Source: Geosiphon pyriformis uo1
Taxonomy: Eukaryota > Fungi > Glomeromycota
DNA length: 64,000 nt
NCBI GenBank assembly: GCA_016748015.1
Contig: JAAOMT010000348.1
Location: 37,171-101,170, forward strand
Direction of reading: 5' to 3'
A program made the position numbers and the translations under genes. Of this stretch, positions 11,680 through 25,587 are shown in pieces. How positions within the stretch are numbered: the stretch's first letter is position 1; the number at the start of each line of letters is the position of its first letter. A model generated the notes under the pieces. That model was not told where the DNA came from and ran no database searches. It worked only from the letters and a program-made list of their open reading frames with translations.

Positions 11680-14600
11680 TAAAGTTGCAGTACCAAAATT
11701 AAACTCTTTCAACAATACTATTCCATTAGTCCAAATTGCTCAAAATACCAATTTTTCAGATATATTTCTATTTGAATTTGAAGCCAATGAATCACCATTC
11801 TTGTTTAGCAATATAGCTGTCAATGAGCAAAAAACAATTATTGCTATATATACTGAAGCTAAAGTGAAAGGAAAACAAATCTGCTTAATTCTAGACAGTA
11901 GATTAGCTAAAAGTATTATTATTACCTACCAACTAATGCAACAACTCAACCAAAATATTGACAGACCAGCCCAAACAGTAATTGTTATAGCTGATAGTAT
12001 AAAAAAAACCCCAGTAGGAGAAATTGATAACTTTTTTTTCACAGTTAATAAAATCACTATTTCAGTCAAAGTTTTAGTCATGAATGCACTCCAATACCAA
12101 GCTTTTGTTGGAAATGATTGGTTTCTCAAGACCAATGCAAATTTAGATTGGGAAATTCAGGAATTGAAAATTTCGTATTAAGAACAATATACCAAAGTAC
12201 CTACCATTTGTAGTATTTTTAATAAAAAATCTGAAAAAGTCCCAGTATTCGAATTTAAAAAAGAGAAAGAACTACCAATCACTGAAACCTTTATGGCTCT
12301 TGGATTAATATCCAATTGGGCTGAGAAAACAGAACAAGAACTCTTTGAGGAAACCAGAAGATAGAATATAGTTAGATATTTTACATCAAAACTATGAAAA
12401 CAACCATTTTATATCCTACTTAAATGCAAAAATTGCAGCAAGAAACTTTTATCAATGGGAGCATGTATCTCCTCAGAAGAAAAATATGAAACTTGTACCT
12501 ATTACTACTGTAAAACATGCCATAAAAAATGATTTAGATATTCCAAACAAAATGGAAAATAGGACAACACTTCTTGTCTTACATATAAAGATATGTTATC
12601 AGAAGAATGCAACTGGATTAATGTTGCAATAAAAAGAGGAGTATGTGATCAAACTTGTCAATATGCTCTATCAATCTCGGAAAAAGTGAGAAGAAAAACA
12701 CTTTTTAATGCAACATACAACAGTGTTTTTAACAAACTCTACCATTACCTTTATAATGCTGAAATGATCTTTAATTTAGCAATGGCTTTAATCAATAAAG
12801 CCACACAAAAAGATGTTTGCCAAATAAAAGAAGCTAATTATATTGAATACACAATAGAATTACCTAAATTTAACTATAAAGATGAAGTAAAAACATATCA
12901 CCAGATTACAAGCCATACTTATCTAACCCAAAAAGCTCAAATTCAATGATTGAAGCAAATAAATATTCAATTGTATGAAGAATACATCATGCTTTGTAAT
13001 GACAAATAGTGTTCAGAATGCTATGCTCTTAGCATCTTTTTACTTAACAAAAATGACTAAGAAGAAATTGAGTTTAAAGAATCTAGGCTAATAGAAGAAA
13101 TTACAACAACTCCAATCTATCTTACTAAAAATCAGTCTGTTATACAACTCATATACTTTAACAACAATAGACAAAGAATAAAACCAAAAAAAGCCCACGA
13201 TATAGATGTTAAATATGATCTATAATACTCAGGAAAAGATATTTTAGTTCTCTAACCAAAATCCTTAACCAAAATCAACTTCAAAATTGCTCTTAAAATA
13301 CTATCAGGAGCAATAGTACAAATTGCTTCTCAATCATCATTGGCAAGCAAAGAAATCAATGTTAGAGGAGGAGTTATAAATGCAGAATATACTGAAGATA
13401 TTACCATCATGTTACAGAATAAAACAGACAAACCATTTAGGATTGAACATGCAGAAAAGATTGTCCAAGCAATTTATCTATCCTTAATCAACATTTTGGG
13501 TTTATAATTAGTTAACAACAGAGAATTATTATTTCACTTTTTGGAGAACATCACGAAATTTACACTTGCTCAAAACTCACTATTACTTAACAAATCTTTG
13601 AATCTAATAAACAAATCTGTTTAAAACATAAAATTTCAATTTCAAATGTTTATATTCTTAAAGAAATGAAGAAATTTTGAGTTATATTCTACAATCCCAA
13701 CAATTACTTTATTGTCTTATTAAATAAATTAAAAATTAGAATTATATATAGCAATATCTTTCAAGATGAAAACTCTTAAACTGTCTCTAATTTCATTGAA
13801 ATTATAAGACATATCTTACTTTTCAATCCAAATATTATCTCTACTATTGAAAGCTACTACCTTTTGAAAGAAAAACTTTCTCGAATCAACATGAGTCTTT
13901 TAGAACCCCAACAACAAAGACAACTGAAACAGCTAATAGTTTAATTTGCAAATATATTTACAAAAAACAACAATGACTTAGAAAAACTGATATTGTCTAA
14001 CATCAAATCCACACAAGAGATGCTTTACCAAAATGACAACAAGCTTATTAAGTACCACCTGCCAGTCACCAATTCATCAGAGAAGAGGTCCAAAGAATGT
14101 TCAATAACAGATTGATTTAACCATCAAGAAGTCCATGGGTCTTACCAATAGTTTTGATTAAAAAGAAAAATAGAAAAATCAAATTTTGTGTTGACTATTA
14201 TCAATTAAACAGTGTAACAATTAAAAATGCCTACCCCTTTCCAAGAATTGATAACATGCTAAATGCTCTAAGAAAAGCCAAGTTCTTTTCAACTTTAGAC
14301 TTAAAAAATGAATACTGGCAAATCGAAATAGACTCAAAAGATTGACCCAAAACAGCATTTTACTATCCAAAAAAAAAACTATAAGTTCAATGTTATGTTT
14401 TTTGAACTCTGCAATGTACCAACAACATTCTAGCAATTTATAAATGTTGTTTACAAAAAACTTTTATGGCAATTAGTAGTTGTTTATCTGGATAACACTA
14501 ATGTGTACTTACCAAGCTTTGAAGTTCATCTTATCTATCTGTAAAAAGTTTTTCAATAATTATAGAAAACAAGATTAAAATTGAACATTGAGAAATATCA

Positions 14601-15353
14601 CTTTGGAAAAACAAGTTTAATTTTTTTTAAACACATAGTTAACAAAAATAGAGTCAAACCAAATTGTAGAACAATTAGTGCTGTCAAAAACTTTCAAACT
14701 TCCAAAAATACTACAGAGTTACAAAAATTTGTGAAATTAGCCTTATATTATCGAAAATTCATAAAAAAATTCTCAGAAATTGCCAAACTCCTTAATTATT
14801 TTATCAACAAAAACATGTTATATTAATAAACTAAAAAACAGCAGAAAGTCTTTGAAACTCTCAAAACAAAATTAACAACAGCCCCAGTTTTTGTTTATTC
14901 AAACTTCAACAAATGGTTTCAACTAGCCATTGATGCTTCACACAGTATTTGGTGCTATTTTATTACAATTAGATCAAAATAGCCAGAAACAAGTTATTGT
15001 TTATATTAGTAAAACACTCAAACCAACAGAATTCAAGTATGGCTCAACTGAATTAGAAGTTGCTGCAATCATTTGGGCTTTTAAACACTTTCAATAATAC
15101 TTGAAAAATAGAAAAAAATTTGATATTATAACTGACAATATTGGTCTCAAATAGCTTAATAAAAAGAAAACTGAACAAAGTGCCAAACAGTTTCAATAGA
15201 ATAACTTCCTAGCAAACTACAAATATATTGTACACTACAAACCAGGAAAACTACACACTAATGTTAACAATCTTTCAAGAATGAAACAAGATTAACACTA
15301 ACAGCAATCTTATCACAACTTATCAACTCATCAACAATAATAACCAAACAACA

Positions 15354-16738
15354 ATAGATTCCAAAAATTACAACAACATTAAAAACTATTTGGAAACTTT
15401 TACTATGCCAGAAAATTGGTCTTCAAGTGAAAAAAACCGATTACAACATCAATCAAAACAATATTTTATACATTACAACAAAATCTATTTTAAAAATTGC
15501 AGAAATTTAAACCAATCACTCAGATTAGTACAGGAAAATGAAAAAAAAACAATCTTATACAACATGTACACTCATCTATTATCAGCACACTTGGGAAGAG
15601 ATGAAACAATTCAAAGAACTTTTAAATATTATTTTTAATCCTACATGTAAAAAAACATTTGACAATATATAAAATCTTGTAATAATTGTTAAAAAAGAGA
15701 AAGAACTTGCTCCACAGAACCTTTAAATTCAATCAAAGTTGGACAATTTTTTAACAGAGTTGGAATTGATTTAGTCAGACTATTATCTATTACAACCCAA
15801 GAAAATCATTATATTGCAGTTGTAATAAATTATTTCACTAAATAGTCTGAAGCTAAAGTTATTTAAAGAACAGATGCAAAATCAGTAGCAAATTTTATTT
15901 ATAAAGACATTATTTGTAGACATAAATGCTTAATTGAACTTTTATTTGATCAAGGAACCCATTTTGTAAACAACTTAATATAAAAAATTTGTAAATAATT
16001 CAATGTCAAAAGACTTTTATTATCACTTTATTACCCCTAAACAAATAGACTTTAGAATGTTTCAACAAAACATTATATGAATCTTTAGCCAAAGTTTCAA
16101 CAGATTTTGAACAGGAATGGGATATTTTTATTCTATCAGTGTTATTAACATACAGAAAACTAAAACAAGATACTATAAAACACATATCATTTGATTTTAT
16201 TAATAAAAAAACAGCAAGATTACCAATTAATTTCACAGTGAAAACATATTCAGTACAACCAATCAATGAAGAAAACTTCTAAAAAACACTCCAAAAAAGG
16301 GCCTATACTCTTTTTAGTATACTGGAAGGAAAAAAACAAATAGCAGCCACTCATATTGAACACTTTCAAGCTTAACAAAAAGAAAGGCATGACAATAAAC
16401 TGTTACCAGTTGTCAACGAATTTAAAGTTGGAAATAAAATTCTTTTACACAGAACTAAGGCTAAAAAACAATAAAGTGAAAAATTTAAACATAAATGGGA
16501 TAAACCATTTTATATCTACTAAATTTTAGACAATAGATCATACAAGTTAAGACTTAATAACAAAGTACTAGCAAAAGTTGTATATGGAAATTGATTGAAA
16601 CATTATCATTTCAGAAACAATTCTAAACCTTTAATTTCACAAATTGGTACATATTTCTTTTTAATTAATCTTAAAAATATTCTCTGAAATTTAGAACCAA
16701 TAGTTATAATAAAACAACAACCAAACTTGAATACTTAA
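15354..16738 (+). pseudogene. A1 ORF2 integrase
   Basis: SAHLGRD, CNNC, GIDLV, FDQGTHF, KWDKPFY, LEPIVII; start inferred ATG->ATA. Confidence 0.85.
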
Positions 16739-16881
16739 TTTAACATTTTTATAATAATCTCTTTAAAATACACAAAAATAGTAAATAATTACAAGAAACA
16801 TTCAAACCCAAAAACAAATAAAAACCCCATATTCAAAAAATAATTTTTTTTTATTCTTTTTATTAATTAGTCACTTTTATC

Positions 16882-17588
16882 ATGATTATTCTCTGAAATA
16901 TTCAACAAATATTTCAAAAATTAATATTAGCTTTAAAAACACTTCCTGATTTATTCATAATAATTAATGGAAATCAAATTAATTACACTTAAAAAAAAAC
17001 CACAACACCAGTAGTAAATAATTTTCAAAATTATTATCCTTATAGAAAAAAAACAAAAGATTACTCTGGAAATCAATTACCAAAACTTTTGAAACAAGCA
17101 CTAAAAGAAAACTTTTTATTTGCTCCTATTGACATTCTACCAAATGCCACAATCCAACAAAAACTTCTATTATTTTTAATGAACAAAACAATGAACATAC
17201 TCTTATTTATAGATATTTTCATATTAGAAAAACACTCTATGAATGAAAACTAGAACTTGAAGCAACCAACATTACTCCTGAAGCTATACAAAAACAAATT
17301 CACAATAAATTCAAGACAGCAGCTGAACCAACAAATACTTGCTACAAACTTAGAGCAGTATTTAGACTCTATGATTTATTCAATACTTGTGAAAACGTCC
17401 TACAAAATCTAATACTTCACCCAATAAAGATTCAATACATTGGAAAGCTTACAGAACTAAAATTTCAACAATTTTTAGACCAAATCACTTCAATTATCTT
17501 GGATTACTATTTTGACATTACAAATAGTGCTTAAACTTTGATAAAGTTCAGTCTTGAGGAGAAGATTATGTTACCAGTAGAATTTTAG
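16882..17588 (+). pseudogene. A1 accessory ORF3
   Basis: MIILxNIQQ...LRAVFRLYDLF...IQYIGKLTELKFQQF; homologous to 34878-35597. Confidence 0.75.
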
Positions 17589-18532
17589 CTATTAATTAGC
17601 ATAAAATTACTCTCATAATTCCTATTATTAATTAGCATATATTATTATTATTTCGATTATCACTTATTATTTAATCAAATTATCAAATATTATTATTTAA
17701 TTAATAACCCGATTTGTATTATAAAAATTAAGATGATCAAATTACACAATATCCTAAACCATTTAATATAGTTAAAATTCGCCGAAATTGATGAAAATTC
17801 GCCAAAATAATCATTAGTTTGTAGAAATAACTTGTAGTTTACCAAAATGTATCTTTAGTTTGCCAAAATTAAAGCAAAGAAAAAAGTGCAAGTTCAAAGA
17901 CTAGTACTACAACAAGTTGTATAAAAAAAAAGCTTTTCTCTTCAAAAAAATATATCTTCTTATATCATAGCATAGTATTTTATTTTAGATATCTTAATTA
18001 TAACAAATCATCTTTTACACATTCAAATAAAAATTAAATATTCAAAAACCAAATTTTTAAATTATTACACTTGAAATTCTCTCAACACAACTAACGTTTT
18101 GAAATTGATTAGCTACCAATATCAATAAACTGTTAGTGACTCCAGGTCTGGATAGAAAACGTTTCTCTTGACAGAATTCTATTTTTTTTACATTTCTTTT
18201 ATTTTTCTTTTATTTTTTTATTTACAATTATTAGGGTAGCCTACAGATAAGATTTCTATAAAAGAGTTGACTTTCACAGCAAAGTACAATTTTAGTGAGC
18301 TTTTAGATAAGCAATTCCTGGGAAAGAGTTGATGTTTACTACAATGTAATTACACAAAGTAACTGGCACGGAATTGGCCATTTCACTTATAAGTCCAGCA
18401 GTTCAAATTATAGGAGATAATTTAAAGATAAATTTAGTTATTGGAGATTTAACTGCTTCCAGAAAACGTGAAATTAACAACAGACAAACAGTAACAACAT
18501 TCAAGAAAAAAGACCAAAAACCTCTAATAACA
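17569..18532 (+). repeat. Family A 3' LTR of A1
   Basis: TGTTACC...AATAACA directly after the PPT. Confidence 0.9.
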
Positions 18533-21500
18533 GCAGACATTCCTACAATATTTCAGTAATAATAATAGCATCAACTGATTGGCAAACACTTTTACCATCA
18601 TTAAGCAAGGAGAAAATGAAGCAGTCACTACTTACTTAGGACACTTTCACAGAAATCTGCACCAAATTTAGGCAATCCAGGCTGATTATTTTACAGCACC
18701 CTAAATTCTAAATCAATTCATTTAAGATCTATGCAGTAGCATTTTTCAGTATGTATGCTCAATGCATTCAACAGATCTTCAAGCTGCAGTTACAAATGCA
18801 AGAGACTTTGAAGCAGCTGAATTAGAAGCCAATCACACTTAAGCAGTAAATTTAGTAATGAACAGATCATCTGAATTGGATTCCAAATTAAAACAATTTA
18901 GCAAATCAATTAATCAGAAATTAGAGCAGTACTTAGCTAACACCAATTAAGCAATTTATCAACCCCCACAATAATGCAACAATTAAAGAAATAAAAATTG
19001 CTTCCAAAATCAGTTGTGTCCAAAATCATCCTCGACCAATCAACAGTGGCTACAGGAAACATGTGCATACTATTATTGTGATAAACAAAAACATTTACAA
19101 TTTAAATGTCAAAGAAAGATAAGTGACCAGAGATCAGCTAATCAGTATTGAAACTTCAATCGCCGATTACAAACTCAGAATTATGTCAGTAATTAATCAC
19201 CAGAATAATATTAACCAAATTACGTACTTATGACACAGCAGCAAATTTATTAATCATCAATTTATCAACCAACAACACTTGTCATTTATTAACCACAGCC
19301 CTAACCCATTTATCAGCCATAATCTTAGGTAATTTATCAGCCCCAACAAATCCAAACACTCCCAAAACTTATCTTAAAATGGAACCCAAAGGCCAAAACT
19401 AATACAGCAAAGCTGAAAATCATCAATAGTAGTTCATTAACTAATCCTCAGTTTCTCTATACAACCATCAGAATTGCGACAATAGAATTTGGGCACCAAG
19501 TACACCCAAAACCTGAATTCTTAGAACTATTTAAGTCTCCTAGTCACCCCAAAAGACACTACATCCAACCACCTGGAATCCAACCAGAAACAGCCACTTA
19601 CCAGCAATATTTCACCAACAACTGTCATTAACAACAAGTTACTCACAGCTATCTTCCCATTCAAACTTGAAGAACTGACATCTACACCCTTGTTCAGTAG
19701 AGCTGCACTCAAAAAAAAACCAATTCCCACGATGTACACTGACACCAAAGTTGATGGTCATCTTATTAAATTGATCCTAGATAGTAGATCAGCTGGCAGC
19801 ATCATCACAAGACAGCTCATGGACCAATTAGGTTGCTGAGTTGATTGAACTGCCAGTGCAAGGATAATTACAGCTAATAAAACCACCAAGACTCCAATTG
19901 GTGAAATAGATAACTTGCCAATAGAAATCAATAGCATTACTGTACCAATCAAGGTATTAGTCATGGAAGCCACTCAATATCAAACACTCATGGACAATGA
20001 TTGGCTGTTTAAAATCAACATGACACTTTACTAGAACATCTAAGAGCTCCAGCTTAGCCAGAATAGATAATACACATGTGTACTAGCCATGTGTGGCCAC
20101 TTCAAATCCATTACTATGCCATCAGCTCCACTTATCAAATTCGAAGAAACCTATTTGGGAAGCCTATCAAGTATTCTTGGGCTGACAAAAACCACAATGA
20201 GCTACTACCAATATTTTTGTAAGACAATAATAAGAGAAAAAAAAAGGAAAAAGAAGAACTTACTTGGAATGCTGACTAAGTCTAGGAAACTAATAATAAT
20301 CAAGATGAATTAGCAAACTGGGAATGAGAAAAGACTGACAAGGAAAAAGAAACAATACCTACCAGCTCCTTTTATAATTACTACACCTACACTATACCAC
20401 AATAATCTACCTACTGTCGGCCAAAACTTATATGCATTGATTGCAGCAAAAAATTGTTATCAATAGGCACATGTTATGACGATAATAAGAAACATCAAAT
20501 GGCAACCAAATTTTACTGTTGTCCATACATCATAGAACACTTTGGACAATTAAAACAGCAAAGAAAATGGGACAATAAACTATGTCTCGCATGTGGAACT
20601 ATTTTGCCTAATGAAAAAATATGGAATGACATTTCTGGATGCAAAGGAATATGCGATGAGATGTGCCAGTATATGATTCTAATTAACAACTGGGTACACA
20701 AGGGAACACCAATTGATGACGCCTGGAAACAAGCATTGTGACAATTAGAAAGATATTCCCATAATGAAGATGAACTCTGGAGAATGACGAGTGTGAAAGT
20801 AGAGGATGCGACAACCAGTGAACTACTGGAAATCAAAAACAACTCTCTATTTTTTTCTAAATCTGAATACATCCAAACTTTTGATGTCTTTGGTAATATT
20901 GAGGATAACTCAAAAGAATTTCATGAATATTATCAGCAATTAGCATCTACTAGGAAAGAACAAGAGCAGCATTTAGAGCAGTTAAATACTCAATTATGTT
21001 AACATTGCTTAATTCTTTGTGACTTCCAGTATTGTAATGAGTGTGATCTCATTTATAATTTACCATCATACATAATCTACATGATTCCAGAAGAAGAACC
21101 AATCAGCAGCTGCACATCAGAATCAGAATCAGTTTTCAATTCCAATTCAAACTCCAACAATGTTGACAATAAAAACACCAGTTTTAGCTCTGCTCAATAT
21201 AGCAACAAAAATATCAATGATTCAGACTCTGATTTAAACCCCAGAATATACATCACACTTCTTGATCTTTTTAAGAAGCAGGAACTCAAATAGTATAGTG
21301 ACAATAATAAAGGTATTATGCCAGAATGTGTGCATAATATTGATGCAGGGTTTGATCTGAGATATTTGGGAAAAAAAGCCATCAAATTGGAACCAAATTT
21401 GTGCACATATATTGATTTCAAAATAGCTCTGGAAATTCTAACAACAACCATGATTCAATTAGCATCTAGGAGTAATTTAGTGAAAAAAAAATCAACATTA

Positions 21501-23542
21501 GAAGAGAAATAATTGATATAGAATACATAGAAAATATCATTGTCATGCTACAAAATAATTCAAAAAAAGCCTATATTATAAAGCCAAATAAAAAGATAGC
21601 ACAGGCAATATTCTTACTTTTGGTAAAAATAGCTCAATTAGTTTCAGTGAGAAAAAAAAAAGAACTAGGTATCACAGCTAAAGGATTATAGAGATTCGGA
21701 GCAACAGGTAAGATAGATATACCAGTCAATATAACAGAGGAAGAAATTGTTGACAAAGAAGAAATTATCTTAACCCATCAATTAATTTTTATTTCACTAT
21801 ATGACCAGTATATGTTAGCCATAAAAAGGGAAGTAAAAGATCAAACTCAGTTGTTTAAAGCAGAAGCCATCATTTGCAAATTAGGAGAGATTGGACTCAC
21901 TAATCTCTACATATTAGCTAAAAGCCCCAAAAACATCAAAATTCCCATCTACAACACAACTGGAAAGGTCATCAAAATACCAAAGAAAACCATTATTAGA
22001 TATTTAACCACTGAAGTTGAAAATCAACCACCAAACTACATTCCAGATTTTCCACAGCTTTGTGAATATGTGGACATCACATTACAAACTATTTACAGAT
22101 GAAGCAAAAGTTATCTGCTCCAACCAGAACAATTGGAACAGATGAACATAAGAAATTTAGACCCACTCCAACAGATGCAACTAAAAATGTTACTCAACAA
22201 ATTCAATGACATCTTTGCCAGTAAAAACAAATTTGGCAGAACCAACATAATTCAGCATCAGATCAAGACTGGAGATACAATGCCAATTAAACAAAAAGCA
22301 TATTGAGTACCACCAGCCAGCCATGAGATTATTCATCAAGAAATCAATTGGATGTTAGACAATGGGCTAATTCAGTCATCAATGAACCTATGGTTATCAC
22401 CAGTGGTACTGGTCTATAAGAAAAATAGAAAAATCCGTTTTTGTGTAGACTACCAGAAACTGAATGGAGTGACAAAAGGAGACAGCTACCCAACTCCAAA
22501 AATTCAAGAGCTGTTTGACACTTTTGGAGGAAAAAAATTGTTTTCAACATTGAACTTAGACAGTGGTTATTGGCAAGTAGCCATAAAGCTAGAAAATAAA
22601 GAGAAAATGGTTTTTACAACACGAAAAAAGAATTTTGAATTTGAAGTAATGCTATTTGGCTTAATGAATGCTCCAGCAACATTTCAATGGCTTATAGAAA
22701 TTGTCTATACCAGGCTACTATGGAAATCAGTAGTCATATACTTGAATAACACTAATGTGTTCTCAAAAACATTTGATGATTATCTGCATCATTTCCAACA
22801 AGTATTTGAAAGACTCAGAAGAGCCAGATTGAAACTAAATGCAACTAAGTGTTTTTTTGAAAAAACTGAACTCAAGTTTTTGGGACATATTATAAGCAAA
22901 AATGGTATAAAAACGGATCCAGATAAGATTGCAATAGTAAAGAACTTTCTAGTACTAACTAATCTGACAGAACTAAGAGTATTTTTGGGATTTATAGGCT
23001 ATTATTGTCATTTTATTAAGGACTTTTCTAAACTGGCTCAGCCATTTCATCATCTACAAACTAAGAATGTCAAGTATGAATGGACAGGAGCTCAACAAAA
23101 AGCATTTGACACACCAAGACAAAAGCTTATTCAAGCTCTAGTGTTAATGTATCTAGATTACAGCAAACCATTCATCATCACCACTAATGCATTAGGCCAA
23201 ACATTAGAAACCGTACTATTACAGAAAGAACCAGATAGAAGAAAACATCCAGTAGTTTATGCCAGTAGAAGCTTAAGTTCAGCTAAAAAAAACTATGAAA
23301 CTTCAGCACTAGAGCATTTAGCAATCTATTGGGCTGTCACCAAATGGAAAAAATACTTAAGCCAAAAGTTTAATATATATACTAATCACAAAGGGTTGAC
23401 TTCAATCCAGAAGCAAGAATTTGGAGATGATTGTTATGCAAGATAGAAAATAGCACTATCACCATATAAATTTATAGTACATTATAAAAAGGGAAAAGAC
23501 AATAGAAATGCTGACAGTTTGTCACGAATAAGACAAATCTAA
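18533..23542 (+). pseudogene. B3 ORF1: Gag-PR-Cys-rich-dUTPase-RT-RNase H
   Basis: RT motifs RFCVDYQKLN, FSTLNLDSGYWQ, FGLMNAPATFQ, FLGHII; RNase H PVVYASR, LEHLAI; ends LSRIRQI* at 23540-23542. Confidence 0.9.
21285..21709 (+). pseudogene. dut: dUTPase domain of B3
   Basis: DAGFDL, ASRSNL, IIDxxY, KIAQAIFL, FGATG correspond to the five trimeric dUTPase motifs (decayed). Confidence 0.85.
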
Positions 23543-23574
23543 AAACATTTCAACCCAAAAAATATAACAAAAAG

Positions 23575-24957
23575 ATAAATACACAAAAATACCAACAACT
23601 TCAGCATTATATAAATACCCAATTGTTTAAGGAGAAATTATTTCAAAAAGAACAAAACAACATAAAACAGCAATCAAAATATTTTATCAATCATCAAAAT
23701 ATATTTTCCCAAAAAAACCAAAAAAATTTAGACCAACCAACCAGAGTGATTACAGAACCAGAAAAAGAAACAATACTGTTCAATATGCACTCAAATCCAA
23801 CAGCAGAACATTTTTATAAAGAAACAACCATGGAAAGAACTAGAAAAAGATATTATTGGCTATTAATGTATCCAGATATTATCTAATATGTTCAAAATTG
23901 TAATGCTTGTCAGAAAAAAGGAGGAACAAGACCCAGTAAATCATTAAGATGAATCAAAGTGAAACAACCATTCAATCATATCGGAATTGACTTAGTCAGA
24001 CCATTAACAATTACCAGTAAAGGCAACAAATATATTGTGATAGCCATGGACTATCTCACTAAATGGCCAGAAGCAAAAGCCATTCAAAGAGCAGATGCAG
24101 AATCTGTTGCTAAATTCTTTTATCAAGACTTAATCTGTTAACACAAATATTCAAAAGAACTATTATCAAATCAAAGAACTCATTTTGTGAATAGAACATT
24201 AGAAGAATTAAGTCAAAGATTTGGAATTAAAAGACCATTGTTATCATCATACTATCTACAAACCAATAGATTAGTTGAAAGATTCAATAGAACATTGTGG
24301 GAAGCAATTGCCAAAATCAGCCAAAAAAATCAAAATAAATGGGATTTGTTCATATCATCAGTATTATTTGCTTACTGAACAATAAAGCAAGATACTACAC
24401 AAACAACACCATTTGAATTAGTATATGATAAGACAGCAACACTACTAGTAGAGATAAAAGTATGAACATATCCAAAAAAACCAATAACAGAAGAAAATTT
24501 CCAAAGAACATTGTTGAGAAAAACGTATGACCTAATAGAAACACTAGAAAACAGACAACAAAAAGCAGCTGATAATATCCAAAAGTCACAAGAAAAGCAA
24601 AAAGAAAGACATGATAACCAACTATCAGAGAAACCAGTTGAATTCAAGATTGAAGACAAAGTACTTCTACATTGTACCAAAGCAGAAAAACAATAGAGTA
24701 GAAAATTTGACCCCAAATGGGACAGACAATTTTACTTAAAAGAAATTCTTAGAAATAGAGCTTATAAATTAAGGTTGAACAACAAAATTTTAACCAAAGC
24801 AGCATATGGTAATCAACTGAAACAATATTACCATATAGTATCATTATCTATCAGTAATATTCCACAACTAAGAGTACAGAGAATACTAGTTAAACCAGAT
24901 GAGATTCTATAAGATTTAGAACCAATTATAATCATTGAACCAAACACATAAAATTGA
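23575..24957 (+). pseudogene. B3 ORF2 integrase
   Basis: MHSNPTAEHF...CNAC (HHCC), GIDLVRPL, MDYLTKWPEA, QTNRLVERFN, LEPIIIIE. Confidence 0.88.
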
Positions 24958-25012
24958 ACAACCAAAAGAGTATATAAAGACACAGTATATGTGACAAAAA
25001 GACAGCAAAAAA

Positions 25013-25574
25013 ATGGAGATTACTGAGAACATTCATTTACTAACACAACAACTTTTCCAATTGATCCAACAACAAGAGATGGAAATCACAATCAGTTAAC
25101 AGACTATCAAATATACAAATATCAAAAAAAAACCACAAGATAAAAAATAGAAAAATACAGAAAACATTAAAAACTTGGGATTAGTGGATACAACAATTTC
25201 CAAGAAATTTTTGTTACTTCCACTTGAGATGATACTTGAATATTCAAAACTTATATATAGATAAAACAAAACAATTATTTAACACAGCTATACTGCAACA
25301 ACTAGAACAATTTGTGGAAAAGAACAATTTGACAACACAAGCAAGAACTATCTATTGGCTACAAACTGGATTTCAAGACAGATCAGAAATTTTACTTAAT
25401 CTAAAAATAGATTTTATTACAGTTAACCAAATGGGGAAAATAACTAACACCCAATTTGAAGAATTACAGAATAAGATAACACAAGTAATTCTCAAAAAAA
25501 AAGTTCAAGAAATACTCAAAAATAGAGAATTAGAGTTAGGAGATTTGGGAAATTTCGACAGAGCTCAATATTAA
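25013..25574 (+). pseudogene. B3 accessory ORF3
   Basis: MEITENIHLLTQQLFQLIQ... and ORF 25236-25574 (QARTIYWLQ...MGKITNTQFEEL...FDRAQY*). Confidence 0.75.
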
Positions 25575-25587
25575 AAGAAGAAAATAA

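Larger units (their letters stand above)
7745..15295 (+). pseudogene. A1 ORF1: Gag-PR-Cys-rich-dUTPase-RT-RNase H (interrupted, many stops)
   Basis: LDQFIAELKDKL (gag), CHYCGILGHWKQDC knuckle, LILDSR (protease), KFFSTLDL and YLDNTN (RT), ends LSRMKQD* at 15293-15295. Confidence 0.85.
6749..18532 (+). mobile_element. Gypsy family A element A1 (two LTRs; two solo LTRs nested in gag; flanks do not form a TSD)
   Basis: LTRs 6749-7699 and 17569-18532, PBS at 7702, PPT GAGGAGAAGA ~17556-17565; gag, protease, Cys-rich, dUTPase, RT, RNase H, integrase and ORF3 remnants in order. Confidence 0.9.

Noticed and set aside
17778-17867. Periodic repeats in LTRs as a CRISPR-like array
   Set aside because: Units are about 9 bp with 11-bp spacers, lie inside LTRs, and no cas genes are present in this eukaryotic context.
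18175-18235. T-rich tract ending in TTAG in the A LTR as a splice acceptor
   Set aside because: No donor could be identified and T-rich tracts are also expected near LTR polyadenylation sites. It cannot be supported without transcripts.
22352-23446. 364-aa RT ORF as an active enzyme
   Set aside because: The catalytic YLDD reads YLNN and flanking domains contain stops, so it is a pseudogene.
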